Numbered from the stretch's first letter, positions 8,752-18,590 are shown. The stretch is 64,000 bases of DNA from an uncultured Nitrososphaerota archaeon (GCA_964594835.1 CAZQNA010000004.1:1-64000); one strand, 5' to 3'. Notes: generated by a model from the sequence alone, not told the origin. A program made the numbers and translations.

Positions 8752-9639
8752 CTACCCGTGAAAATCCTCTGAAGCTCCCCTTAAGGCCCTTAGGACGACG
8801 TCCCTTATCACCGACTCGACGTCGTCCGTGACCCCGTCCCTGAGCTCGATCCTGGGGCTGAGGACCATCACGGCCGCGGTTACCCAGTCCCCCTCGTCAG
8901 GCCGATCGCTCATCTGCCTGACGACCGAGGCCAGGTCTATCGCCGACCTGACCGAGGCCCCCCTCCTGATCGACGGGTCCTCCCTGGTCTCCCTCACTAT
9001 CCTGACGGCCGACGCGACTATCTCGGGGTCTTCCACCCCGCTCCTTATCCTGACGATCTCCCGCTCCTCCTCCTCTGGCTGGTACTCAAGCCTAACGAGG
9101 ACGAACCTGTCCCTGAGGGCCTCGGAGAGCCTGGTGACTCCCACGCTCTCCTCCGGGTTCTGGGTCGCCACGATGAGGAAGCCATCCCTGGCCCTGAACT
9201 CCCCCAGGTGGGGGACCACTATGATCCCCTCGTCCATGACGGGGAGGAGGGCGTTCTGGGCGGATTCGGGGAGCCTGTTAAGCTCGTTGATGAACAGGAC
9301 TCCCCCACTCAGAGCCGCCCTCGTCAGGGGGCCCTCGACGAACGCCTCCCTCACGTACCCCCTGCTGAGGACCACGGGAGGGTCCCAGTACCCTATCAGC
9401 TTCGCCTCCGTGAGCCTCTCGTCCCCGTCCACCCGAATGAACTCTCTGCCCAGGTGGGAGGCCACGGTCTTGGCCAGGAACGTCTTCCCCACGCCGACTG
9501 GACCCTCCAGGAGTATGTGCCTCCCGGCCCTGGCGGCCGCCAGGATCCTCCTGAGCTCCTCCCCCCTCCCCACCACCTTGTAGCGGTGCCTGATCTCCTC
9601 AACCTCCGCAACAAGCTCCTCTCTGGCGCCCAAGTCCAT
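8752..9639 (-). CDS. MoxR-family AAA+ ATPase
   Basis: Walker A GPVGVGKT, FINELNR, ATQNP, EALRDRF. Confidence 0.9.
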   Translation of the reverse strand: MDLGAREELVAEVEEIRHRYKVVGRGEELRRILAAARAGRHILLEGPVGVGKTFLAKTVASHLGREFIRVDGDERLTEAKLIGYWDPPVVLSRGYVREAFVEGPLTRAALSGGVLFINELNRLPESAQNALLPVMDEGIIVVPHLGEFRARDGFLIVATQNPEESVGVTRLSEALRDRFVLVRLEYQPEEEEREIVRIRSGVEDPEIVASAVRIVRETREDPSIRRGASVRSAIDLASVVRQMSDRPDEGDWVTAAVMVLSPRIELRDGVTDDVESVIRDVVLRALRGASEDFHG

Positions 9640-9699
9640 CCTCACCCGTGTACCTCGCAGGCCCCCTCAGGCTGGTATCCCCGCGGCGGGTTATTACGG

Positions 9700-10371
9700 T
9701 TACTCGGGCGCCCCCTCGACCACCCTCACCCCCGAGCTGGTGCCGATCCTGTTGGCGCCGGCCTCGACCATGGCGACGGCCTGCTCGTAGGTCCTTATGC
9801 CGCCCGCGGCCTTGACTCCGAGCCTGTCTCCAACCAGGCTCCTCAGGAGCCTGACGTCCTCGACCGTCGCCCCGCGGGGGCCGAACCCCGTGGAGGTCTT
9901 GACGAAGTCCGCCCCCGCCTCCTCCACGAGGGCGCAGGCGGCCTCGATCTCCTCCCGGCTCAGGAGCCCGGTCTCCAGGATCACCTTGACGACCCCCCCT
10001 GGGGAGGCCGACCTGAACGCCCTGACCACCCCCCTCACGTCCTCCAGGACGACGTCGTCGAGCCCGCTCCTCAGCGCGCCCACGTTGATCACCATGTCCA
10101 CCTCGTGGGCCCCCAGCCTCCCGATCAGCTCGGCCTCCCGCGCCTTCACCTCTGACAGCGTGGCGCCCAGCGGGAAGCCCGCGACCGAGCAGACCCTCAG
10201 GTTCGTCCCCCCCGCGAGCCTGACCGCCAGGGGCACGTAGTAGGGGTTGACCACCACCGAGTGGAACCCGTACCTCAGGCCCTCCTCCACCAGCCTGGCC
10301 ACGTCCGACTCGGTGGCCCCCGGCCTGAGGAGGGTGTGGTCGATCATGCCCGCCAGCTCGTCCCTGCGCAT
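9700..10371 (-). CDS. deoC: deoxyribose-phosphate aldolase
   Basis: IDHTLL, GFPLG, KVILET, FVKTSTGF, VKAAGGIR, RIGTS. Confidence 0.97.
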   Translation of the reverse strand: MRRDELAGMIDHTLLRPGATESDVARLVEEGLRYGFHSVVVNPYYVPLAVRLAGGTNLRVCSVAGFPLGATLSEVKAREAELIGRLGAHEVDMVINVGALRSGLDDVVLEDVRGVVRAFRSASPGGVVKVILETGLLSREEIEAACALVEEAGADFVKTSTGFGPRGATVEDVRLLRSLVGDRLGVKAAGGIRTYEQAVAMVEAGANRIGTSSGVRVVEGAPE

Positions 10372-10375
10372 CACC

Positions 10376-10960
10376 CTAACCACCTCCCCGGGCCCTCACG
10401 TTGAACCAGTAGTCGATGAACCTCCTGACCACGTCGAAGGTCTCGTCGGCCGACAGCCTTGTGGTGTCGAGCATCAGGTCGAAGGGGCTCAGGTCCTCCC
10501 CGAGCCTGAACCCATAGAGCGCCTGGTAGAGCCTCTTCGTCTCCTCGTCCTTCTTCAGTATGGCCTCCTTCGCCTCTTCAACGCTCGTCCCGTCTCTCTT
10601 GGCCACCCGCTCCGCCCTCACCCCCAAGTCTGCCTTCAGGAATATGGAGACCTTGTCCTCGGCGTCCAGCAGGTAGGCCATGGTCCACGAGTCCAGGACC
10701 ACGTCTCCGGCCTCCACGGCGATCCTGATCAGCTCCTCGTCCACCCTCTTGTCGAAGGTCGGATCCCGCCTCCTGATCTCCATAGCCCTCCTGCCGCCCT
10801 CCCTCTCCCACCACCCCGGGTCTCTGAGGGCCTCCTCCCCCCCGATCATCCTCTTGAGGACGTTTCCACCCGAGACGTATCGCAGCCCGTAGTGGGAGGC
10901 GAGCCTCCTGGCGAGCGTGCTCTTCCCCGTTCCGGTGAACCCCGTGAGGCATATCTTCAA
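10376..10960 (-). CDS. cmk: cytidylate kinase (archaeal type)
   Basis: GFTGTGKST, SGG, RAERVAKRDG, YDL/FDL-type C-terminus; TTG coupled to kae1 stop. Confidence 0.88.
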   Translation of the reverse strand: MKICLTGFTGTGKSTLARRLASHYGLRYVSGGNVLKRMIGGEEALRDPGWWEREGGRRAMEIRRRDPTFDKRVDEELIRIAVEAGDVVLDSWTMAYLLDAEDKVSIFLKADLGVRAERVAKRDGTSVEEAKEAILKKDEETKRLYQALYGFRLGEDLSPFDLMLDTTRLSADETFDVVRRFIDYWFNVRARGGG

Positions 10961-11988
10961 GGCCCGGGCACCCGGGCCTGCCGGCGCTCCCTCAATATTA
11001 AGCGCAACTCCTCCGGCCCCAGGAGCCTCCACTCGACCTCATCAGGCCTCCATCTCGGTCTAATGCCGCTCTCCTCGATCTTGATCTCGCCGAACTGGGC
11101 GTAGGCCAGTATGGAGGTCCAGGCGATCATGGCGCCGTTGTCCCTCAGGTACTCGGGGGGAGGCACGAGCATCCTCGCACCCCTGGCACTGCACATCGCC
11201 CCGATCTTCTCCTGGAGCCTGGGAGAGGCAGCGACCCCGCCCACCAGCAGGGCCTCCGACCTGCCCGTGGCGGCCAGCGCCCTCTCCGTCACCTCCGCCA
11301 GCATGGAGAAGGCCACCTCCACGAAGCTCCAGGCCAGGTCGTCCCTGCTGGCCCCCTCCCCCAGCCTCCTCTCCACCTCGGTGACGAGCCCGCTGAAGGA
11401 GAGGTCCATCCCCTTGACCGTGTAGGGGAGGTCGACCCACCTCCCCCTCACCCGGTCCAGGTGGGGCCCCGCCGGGAACGGCAGTCCCAGGAGGCGCCCC
11501 ACCTTCTCCTGGGCGTTCCCCAGGCCGATGTCCAGGGTCTCCCCGATTACCCTGAACCTGGACTCGTGGTGGACCATGATCTGCGTGTTGCCGCCGGAGA
11601 CGTAGACTATGAGGGGGTCCCGGGACCCCGTGACCAGCCTACCTATCTCTATGTGGGCTATCGGGTGGTTCACCCCCACCAGCGGGACCCCGAGCCGGAG
11701 GGCCAGGGTCCTGGCGGCCAGCGCGCCCACCTGAAGGGGCTGGCCGAGCCCCGGCCCCTGGGCGAACCCGACGAGGTCGACCTCGCCGAGCGTCACCCCG
11801 GCCTCGGCTAGGGCCTCCTCGATCACGGACCTGGCCACCCTGGCGTGGTGCTCGGCCGCCTCCCCCGGCTTGAGCCCTCCCCCCGGCGACCTCAGGGCCG
11901 ACCTGGCGTTCGCGAGTATCTCCCCGTCGGAGGTCGCCAGGCCGACCCCGAACGTGTGGGCGGTTGACTCAATCCCCAGGGCGATCAA
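10957..11988 (-). CDS. kae1: t6A tRNA threonylcarbamoyltransferase Kae1
   Basis: GIESTAHT, HxxxH (HPIAH), SGGNT, GETLD, DNGAMIA; no Bud32 fusion. Confidence 0.96.
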   Translation of the reverse strand: MIALGIESTAHTFGVGLATSDGEILANARSALRSPGGGLKPGEAAEHHARVARSVIEEALAEAGVTLGEVDLVGFAQGPGLGQPLQVGALAARTLALRLGVPLVGVNHPIAHIEIGRLVTGSRDPLIVYVSGGNTQIMVHHESRFRVIGETLDIGLGNAQEKVGRLLGLPFPAGPHLDRVRGRWVDLPYTVKGMDLSFSGLVTEVERRLGEGASRDDLAWSFVEVAFSMLAEVTERALAATGRSEALLVGGVAASPRLQEKIGAMCSARGARMLVPPPEYLRDNGAMIAWTSILAYAQFGEIKIEESGIRPRWRPDEVEWRLLGPEELRLILRERRQARVPGP

Positions 11989-12617
11989 GCGCCCCCGAAC
12001 ACCTCCTTGAACTTCTTCACGATCTCGGAGAATGGGACGGGCCCCTCCCTCACGAGCTCGGGCCTTCCCGAGGTGAGGTCCACGACCGTGGACGTCGGCC
12101 TCCTCGGTAGGGGCCCGGCGTCGATTATCAGGTCGGCGTCGGGGAGGGCCATCATGGCCTCCTCCGGGGTGTAGGCGGGGGGCTTGCCGCTGATGTTGGC
12201 GCTGGTGGCGGTGACAGCCCTTCCGAACCTCCCGACCAGCTCTATGGCTATCGGGTTGTCGGGAATCCTGACTCCTATGGCCCTTGGGTTCACCTCCTCG
12301 GGAACCCTCTCCGTCTTCTGGAGTATGAACGTGACCGCCCCCGGCAGGAACTCCTCCATGAACCTCCGGAGCCTCTCGTCGAACACCGCGTACCTCTCCA
12401 TCATCTCGAAGTCGCTGACGGCTATTGAGAGAGGGCTGCTCCTCGGCCTCACCTTGACCCTGTAGACCTTAAGGACGGCCTCCCTGTTCTCGGCGTCTGC
12501 TGCGAGCCCGTAGGTGGTGTCGGTGGGGTAGATCACGAGGCCGCCCCCCTCCAGGACCTCCACGGCCAGCCTGTACCCTTCCTCGCTGCACCCGGACCTG
12601 GCGATGACCCTGCGCAA
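11985..12617 (-). CDS. threonylcarbamoyl-AMP synthase (single YrdC/TsaC domain)
   Basis: YPTDTTYGL, KxR, TSANISG, STVVD; no C-terminal Sua5 domain. Confidence 0.93.
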   Translation of the reverse strand: MRRVIARSGCSEEGYRLAVEVLEGGGLVIYPTDTTYGLAADAENREAVLKVYRVKVRPRSSPLSIAVSDFEMMERYAVFDERLRRFMEEFLPGAVTFILQKTERVPEEVNPRAIGVRIPDNPIAIELVGRFGRAVTATSANISGKPPAYTPEEAMMALPDADLIIDAGPLPRRPTSTVVDLTSGRPELVREGPVPFSEIVKKFKEVFGGA

Positions 12618-12683
12618 AGCGCCCTCCCGGTCCCTCGGAGACCCATGTTAAATTAATCATCGCCGCAGCCGGCCGATCGGAAG

Positions 12684-13589
12684 ATGGAGTTCCAACTGCC
12701 GGCGGAGTACGCGGAGCTGGGTAAGTTCGTGGGCTCCCTCCTGAACAGGGTCTCGAGGGAGATAGAGCCGGGGGACCGGCTCCTAGAGATAGCCGAGTCC
12801 ATCGAGTCTCAGATCAGGGAGGCCGGATACGAGCCCGCATTCCCCGTCAACCTCTCCGTCAACGAGGTGGCCGCCCACTACACCCCGCCCCCCGGTGACG
12901 AGGCGGTCGTGCCCGAGGGGGCCCTGCTGAAGGTCGACGTGGGCGCGCGCCTCGGGGGGCTCATAGTGGACGCCGCCAGGACCGTCGACCTGAGCGGGAG
13001 GCACGGCTCCATGGTGGAGGCCGCCAGGGAGGCCCTCGAGGCCGCTGGTAGGGCGATGGCCCCCGGGGTCCCCGTGAAGAGGGTGAGCAAGGCGATCTAC
13101 GAGGAGATAAGGTCCAGGGGGCTCCAGCCGATCGTCAACCTGGCGGGGCACAAGATAACGGAGTACAGGCTCCACGCGGGGGTCGACGTCCCCAACGTCC
13201 CCCAGAGGCTGAGCCTCTACAAGTTCAGGGTGGGAGACGTCTTCGCCGTCGAGCCCTTCGTCACGTCCCCCGAGGGGTCGGGCTTCGTGGTGGAGGTTCC
13301 GCCAGGCTACATATTCTCATACGCCAAGAACGTGAGGACCTCGGACACCGCTGAGCGCAGGGTCATGGCCGCGGCCAGGGACGCCTTCAAGAGGCTCCCG
13401 TTCTGCGAGAGGTGGCTGGTCCCGATGGTGGGGATGAGGGTGGAGTACGCCATCAGGAGGCTCGTCAAGAAGAGGGGGCTGAGGGAGTACCCCCCGCTGG
13501 TGGAGTCCAAGGGGGCCCCGGTGGCCCAGTGGGAGGACACCTATGTGGTCACGGACTCGGGTGCCGTCCCGCTCACGAGAGTGGATTAG
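12684..13589 (+). CDS. map: type II methionine aminopeptidase
   Basis: AFPVNLS, AAHYT, metal ligands D, D, H (GHKI), E (AVEPF), E (QWEDT). Confidence 0.95.
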   Translation: MEFQLPAEYAELGKFVGSLLNRVSREIEPGDRLLEIAESIESQIREAGYEPAFPVNLSVNEVAAHYTPPPGDEAVVPEGALLKVDVGARLGGLIVDAARTVDLSGRHGSMVEAAREALEAAGRAMAPGVPVKRVSKAIYEEIRSRGLQPIVNLAGHKITEYRLHAGVDVPNVPQRLSLYKFRVGDVFAVEPFVTSPEGSGFVVEVPPGYIFSYAKNVRTSDTAERRVMAAARDAFKRLPFCERWLVPMVGMRVEYAIRRLVKKRGLREYPPLVESKGAPVAQWEDTYVVTDSGAVPLTRVD

Positions 13590-13590
13590 G

Positions 13591-14010
13591 ATGCCCAGGC
13601 GGGGGTCTCAGGCCGAGAGGGACCTCGTGAGGCTCTTCTGGAGGCACGGGGTCGGCGCCGTCAGGGTGGCAGGCAGCGGCTCGACCGGCCTCCCCTCTGC
13701 CGACGTCGTGGCCGGAGGGCCCGGTGGCCTTGCCGTGATAGAGGTGAAGACCACGTCGTCGGATAGGGCCTACGTCCCAATAGGAGAGATAGAGTCGCTC
13801 AGAAGGCTGTCCGCCGCCCTCGGCGCCTCCGCCTGGATCGTCGTCAAGTTCAAGAGGCACAGGAGGGGCGTCTTCTTCGCCCTCCCCCTGGAGGAGGTCA
13901 GGGCCTCAGGGGCTGGGGCCCAGGTCACGCTGGAGCTGGCGGAGAGGAGGGGGGTCAGGGCGGAGCTCCTGGCCCAGAAGCTGTCCGGCAGGCTGTCCGA
14001 GTTGGAGTGA
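13591..14010 (+). CDS. hjc: Holliday junction resolvase Hjc
   Basis: G..AERDL, RVAGSG, DVVAG, IEVK. Confidence 0.9.
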   Translation: MPRRGSQAERDLVRLFWRHGVGAVRVAGSGSTGLPSADVVAGGPGGLAVIEVKTTSSDRAYVPIGEIESLRRLSAALGASAWIVVKFKRHRRGVFFALPLEEVRASGAGAQVTLELAERRGVRAELLAQKLSGRLSELE

Positions 14011-14014
14011 GCCC

Positions 14015-15106
14015 TCAGGGTTTGTACCACTCGAGCTTATAGCTCAGGATGGCCTCCCCAGCAACGACGGAGACTATGAGGGACTTTCTAACGCTGGTGG
14101 CTATCCTTCCGGCCCTTATGAGCTCCACCGGGGTTATCTTGGACTCCGCGCGCCCCACCAGGCACAGGTAGGGGGCGTGGTCTATCCCCGGGCCCCTCTC
14201 GTACACCATGAAGTCGGACCCGTACTTTGAGGCGGGCTTGGCCACGTATCCGAGGTCCCTCCACCTCTTGAAGACGAGGTACCTGGCCTCCGCGTCGCGC
14301 CTCGCCTCGGAGAGGACCCCACGTAGGTCTTCGGGGGACAGGGGTCCGCCGGGCGACTCGACCTCAAGGACGCCGGCCTCGGCCAGGTACAGGGCCTCAA
14401 ACAGGGACATCTGCAGGGGGAGCCCGTAGGGGGTGCCGGGCCTCGGCTTCTCCACGCCTATGTGGTGCCCCCAGAACCCGCCCATGTAGAGGGAGTCGGC
14501 CCCCTCCGGGTCCCAGACGATGACCCTGTCGTGGGTGAGCCTGCCCTTGACCCTCAGACCCTCCGGAACCCTGGGGGGGCCAATTGGCTGGGGGAGGAAG
14601 CCGCTGGCCTCGTAGTAAGTCACGCTCATCTCGTCGTCCACCACCGCCATGACGAGCGTCTTCCTGAGCCTGCCCGCGTAGGTCACGTAGTCTAGCAGCT
14701 CCGAGTGGGTGACGGGCTCGTCCTCCGACAGCGGGAGGACTAGGGACCTGGCCACCGCCTTCCCTATCCGCGCCCCCTTGGGGTAGAGCCTGATGAAGGG
14801 GGTGGCCCTCTCCACCCTCAGCACCCTACCGTGCTTCCTCAGGTCGCTGTAGACCAGGAACCTGAGGAAGTCGTCTGGGTTGGACCTCGCGATGAGCTCT
14901 ATGAGCTCGGGGGTGTCAACCGGTCTCTCGTCCTCCGAGACGCTCAGGGCCCCCTGCCTGGAGAGTTCCGCGGCCTCGATCAGGGTCAGCCTGAGGACCC
15001 CCTTTTCCAGGGAGCCGTACCCCCTCTCGGCCAGCTCCGCCAGCTCAGAGAGTTCCCCGGAGGCCAGGACCTCACCCCCCTCCAGCGACCCCCTCAGAGC
15101 CTCCAA
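14015..15106 (-). CDS. endA: tRNA splicing endonuclease, two-unit single chain
   Basis: Two repeats (LTLIEA..VYSDLR; MSLFEALYL..KYGSDFMVY..PGIDHAPY..VRK) with the catalytic Y/H/K in the C-terminal unit. Confidence 0.93.
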   Translation of the reverse strand: MEALRGSLEGGEVLASGELSELAELAERGYGSLEKGVLRLTLIEAAELSRQGALSVSEDERPVDTPELIELIARSNPDDFLRFLVYSDLRKHGRVLRVERATPFIRLYPKGARIGKAVARSLVLPLSEDEPVTHSELLDYVTYAGRLRKTLVMAVVDDEMSVTYYEASGFLPQPIGPPRVPEGLRVKGRLTHDRVIVWDPEGADSLYMGGFWGHHIGVEKPRPGTPYGLPLQMSLFEALYLAEAGVLEVESPGGPLSPEDLRGVLSEARRDAEARYLVFKRWRDLGYVAKPASKYGSDFMVYERGPGIDHAPYLCLVGRAESKITPVELIRAGRIATSVRKSLIVSVVAGEAILSYKLEWYKP

Positions 15107-15110
15107 GGGG

Positions 15111-16028
15111 TCACCTCCCCGAGAGGACCAGGGAGAGGACCCTCTCCACGGTCTCTAAGTTCAGATCGGGCTCCCTGCCATCTCTGACGTGCTCCGTGAA
15201 GTAAGAGAGTTCCTCGGCCAGGGGCTCGGCCCACCTGGTGCGGAGAATTGAGGACTCACCCGTGCGGTCCACCAGGACGGTCTGCCTGAGGTAGTCCAGC
15301 TCGGCGCTGCCTCTGGACCCCGAGACGCGGACCGCCCGGAAGCTGATCGGGGTGAGCCAGTTGGCCTCTATGACCCCGACCACCCCGCTCGGGTACTCAA
15401 TGATGTATAGGGCTACGTCCTCCACCTCGTTCCCGAGGACGGATCGCCGGAAGGCCCAGACGCTCTCGGGATCCTCCCCGAGCAGGTCTAGCTGGATGTA
15501 GGCCTCGTGGACCCCCAGGTCTAGGGAGACCCCGATCTCCCACTTGACCTCCCTCTTAGGGGACCTCCCTATCCTCTTGCCGGAGATCACGTAGAGGTCC
15601 CCCAGCTCCCCGTCCCCGACCATCCGCTTGAGGAGCCTGTATCCCGGGTTGAAGAGCTCTATGAACCCGGGGACGACGAAGGCCCCGTGCCTGGAGGCCG
15701 AGGCCCTGAGGGCCCGGAGCTGATCGAGGGACGTGGCCACCGGCTTCTCGACAAGGACGTGCGCTCCAGCCTCTATGGCCTCCACGGCGGCCTCAACCAG
15801 CTTCTGCGGCGTGACCACCACGCTCACGGCGTCCAGGTCCTCCCGCTCCACCATCTCCTGGGCGGAGCCGTACGCCTCGATCCCGTAGCCCTCTGCCACC
15901 GATCTGGCGAGCTTCAGATTGACGTCTGAGACCGCGACGAGCTCCACTCCCGCCAGAGTCCGATAGACGCGCGCGTGGGCCCGGCCGAACCAGCCGCAGC
16001 CCACCACGCCGACCCTAACCCTCCTCAT
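15111..16028 (-). CDS. Gfo/Idh/MocA oxidoreductase
   Basis: GCGWFG Rossmann motif, VEKP, DLGVH. Confidence 0.9.
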   Translation of the reverse strand: MRRVRVGVVGCGWFGRAHARVYRTLAGVELVAVSDVNLKLARSVAEGYGIEAYGSAQEMVEREDLDAVSVVVTPQKLVEAAVEAIEAGAHVLVEKPVATSLDQLRALRASASRHGAFVVPGFIELFNPGYRLLKRMVGDGELGDLYVISGKRIGRSPKREVKWEIGVSLDLGVHEAYIQLDLLGEDPESVWAFRRSVLGNEVEDVALYIIEYPSGVVGVIEANWLTPISFRAVRVSGSRGSAELDYLRQTVLVDRTGESSILRTRWAEPLAEELSYFTEHVRDGREPDLNLETVERVLSLVLSGR

Positions 16029-16081
16029 CCCGCCGGGGCCGCTCGCCAGGCAATTTAAAGTGACGGAGTGGGCTGGGCCCG

Positions 16082-16927
16082 ATGCCTATCCCGAAGAGGG
16101 CCGCGGGTATCTTGGGACTCCTCCGCCCCAAGAACGCTATCATGGCCGCAATGGGGCCCGTAGTAGGCTGGACGGCCGTGAGGACGGACGCCTCGTGGGG
16201 TCTCCTCTGGGCAGCCGCGGTGCCTCCGCTGGTCCTCATGGCTGGTAACGCCATCAACGACTACTTCGACGTCGAGATAGACAGAATAAACAAGCCCTGG
16301 AGGCCTATCCCCAGCGGGGCGGTCACCCGGTCGGAGGCCGCAGCGGTCTACCTCACCCTCTCGCTGGTCGCGACGGCGCTGGCCTTCCTGCAGGGCCTCG
16401 CCCTCGGCCTCATGGCCGCCGGCTTCTCCCTCGCCTACCTGCTGTACGCTGCGAGGGTGAAGGCCACCGGCCTGCCGGGGAACCTCCTGGTGAGCCTGGG
16501 GGTGGCCTGCACGCTGATTTACGGGGCTCTCGCCGCGGGAGAGGTGACGGCGAAGGTGGCCCTCTTCTCATCGATAGCCTTCACCTCGAATCTGGCCAGG
16601 GAGCTGGTCAAGTGCGTGGAGGATCTCCCCGGGGACAGGGCTCTGGAACTCAACACGTTCCCGATCTCTCACGGGGTCGGGGCGACCAGGGCCCTGGTCC
16701 TCCTCCTGATCACCCTCGCGCTCGTGCTGACTGCGGGACCCGCCGCCCTCGGTCTCACGGGTCTTCCCTACGCCGTAGGCTCGTGTGTCGCGGGGGCGCT
16801 TCTGGTCGCAGTAGTCAGACTCTCCCTGGAACTTAATCCGGAGGGCGCGGGGAGGGCCAGCGGCCTGCTGAAGCTCGCCATGGCCGTCGGGATGGCCGCC
16901 ATGCTGGCCGACAACCTGCTAGCCTGA
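16082..16927 (+). CDS. digeranylgeranylglyceryl phosphate synthase (UbiA family)
   Basis: NDYFDVEIDRINKPWRPIPSG, RELVKCVEDLPGD; multiple TMs. Confidence 0.92.
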   Translation: MPIPKRAAGILGLLRPKNAIMAAMGPVVGWTAVRTDASWGLLWAAAVPPLVLMAGNAINDYFDVEIDRINKPWRPIPSGAVTRSEAAAVYLTLSLVATALAFLQGLALGLMAAGFSLAYLLYAARVKATGLPGNLLVSLGVACTLIYGALAAGEVTAKVALFSSIAFTSNLARELVKCVEDLPGDRALELNTFPISHGVGATRALVLLLITLALVLTAGPAALGLTGLPYAVGSCVAGALLVAVVRLSLELNPEGAGRASGLLKLAMAVGMAAMLADNLLA

Positions 16928-16952
16928 CCACCTGGGATCAGGTCGAGTCGGC

Positions 16953-17753
16953 TCATATGAGATCTAGGAGGCTCTTCCTGGTCACCACGCCGGCGAGGGT
17001 CTGGCCCCTAACCACAGGGGCCGCCGGGATGCCGTGCTCCGCCAGCGTCTCGGCCGCCCTCCCGACCGGGTCCTCTGGCGTGAGGGAGGGCGGGTTCTCC
17101 ATCATGACATCCTCGACCACGATCTTCCTGACCGCGGCCTCCATCCTCCTCGGGTCGATCTCCTCCCTGACCTCCATGAACGCCTTGGCCAGTATCAGGT
17201 CCGTCACGAGCCCCACCAGCTCACCCTGGTCCACCACGGGCAGGACCCTCGCCCCCGTCTCCAGCATCTTCGACCTAGCGTGGACTATCCGGTCGATCGG
17301 CATGATCCTGGGGTAGTTCTCGGTCATCACCCCGCCGACCGTCGGGTCGGCCGACCCGGAGAGCAGCCCCATCAGGTCCGTCTCCGTCAGGGTCCCCAGC
17401 AGGCCCCCGTCGGAGTCCACGACGGGCAGGAAGCTTATATCCCTCCCCTTGAACAGGAAGATGGCCCTGTCGAGGGTGTCTCTGGGCCCCACGGTTATCG
17501 CGGGCTCCGTCATCAGCGAGCTGACGTACACCCTCCTCGAGACCAGGCCCCTGAGCCTCGCCGACCCCAGGCCCTCCATCAGGTCCCAGGCGGCGATCAC
17601 ACCCACAACCCTAGAGTCCGAGAGGACGGGCAGGTGGGTTATCCCCCTCCTCTCCATCACCTCGAGGGCCACGCCAATCTGATCGTCCTTGCTCACGGCC
17701 ACGGGGTCGCGGCTCATGAAGTCCTCCACAGGCCTGCTACGAAGTCTCCCCAA
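16953..17753 (-). CDS. CBS domain protein (4 CBS)
   Basis: Repeated MS/MT..P, LPVVD, GxxT CBS units. Confidence 0.9.
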   Translation of the reverse strand: MGRLRSRPVEDFMSRDPVAVSKDDQIGVALEVMERRGITHLPVLSDSRVVGVIAAWDLMEGLGSARLRGLVSRRVYVSSLMTEPAITVGPRDTLDRAIFLFKGRDISFLPVVDSDGGLLGTLTETDLMGLLSGSADPTVGGVMTENYPRIMPIDRIVHARSKMLETGARVLPVVDQGELVGLVTDLILAKAFMEVREEIDPRRMEAAVRKIVVEDVMMENPPSLTPEDPVGRAAETLAEHGIPAAPVVRGQTLAGVVTRKSLLDLI

Positions 17754-18573
17754 CGGCTATCCCCCTCACGAGGTCGGTCTTCGTGACTATGCCCACCAGC
17801 TCCTCCCCGTCCGGGGAGACCGGAAGGCCGCTTATCCTCCACTCCAGCATGATCCTCGCCGCCTTTGAGGCGTCGGCGTCCGGTCGGACGGTGACCACGG
17901 GGTTGCTCATGACGTCGCCGACGGTCCCGAGCCTTACCTCCCTGCTGGACCTCCCGACGTGGGTGTCCGTGACGATGAACTTCCGCATCCTCTTCGGGGC
18001 GACGAAGGCGACGTCGGTCTCAGTCAGAACCCCCTTGATCCTCCCGTCAGGACCTATCACCACGAGCCTGCTTATCCCCTTGTCCTTCATGAGCTTGGCC
18101 GCCTTCTTGACGCTGTCGGTCTCCCTGACCGTGACCACGTCCCTCGTCATGAGGTCCTCCACCTTGAACCTCCCCCTCATCTCCCTGGCGAAGTACCTGA
18201 GCAGGTCGGTCTTCGTGATGATGCCGACCACCCTCCCCGCCTCGACCACGGGTATCCCGCTTATTCCCCTCTCGACCATCACCCTGGCCGCCTCCACGAT
18301 CGAGGCGTGGGGGGATATGGTCACCAGGTCCCTGCTCATGAACCTCGTGACGCTCGCGCTCTCGGGCCTCCTCCACCTCCAAGGGGCGCCCCTCCTCGCC
18401 CACGCCCTGGACAGGTCGTCTACGGTCACTATCCCGATGGGCCTCTCCTCCTGGACTACGAGCACCCTCTTGATCTTCCTCTCCAGCATGATGTTCCTCA
18501 CGGCGCCCAGGGTGTCCTGGGGAGTGACTGCGGCCACCTCCGTGGTCATATAGTCTCCGACCTTAGCCACCAT
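17737..18573 (-). CDS. CBS domain protein (4 CBS)
   Basis: Four CBS units, e.g. ISGIPVV..GIITKTD; start at ATG 18573. Confidence 0.9.
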   Translation of the reverse strand: MVAKVGDYMTTEVAAVTPQDTLGAVRNIMLERKIKRVLVVQEERPIGIVTVDDLSRAWARRGAPWRWRRPESASVTRFMSRDLVTISPHASIVEAARVMVERGISGIPVVEAGRVVGIITKTDLLRYFAREMRGRFKVEDLMTRDVVTVRETDSVKKAAKLMKDKGISRLVVIGPDGRIKGVLTETDVAFVAPKRMRKFIVTDTHVGRSSREVRLGTVGDVMSNPVVTVRPDADASKAARIMLEWRISGLPVSPDGEELVGIVTKTDLVRGIAVGETS

Positions 18574-18590
18574 CCGACCCCACCCCCTCC

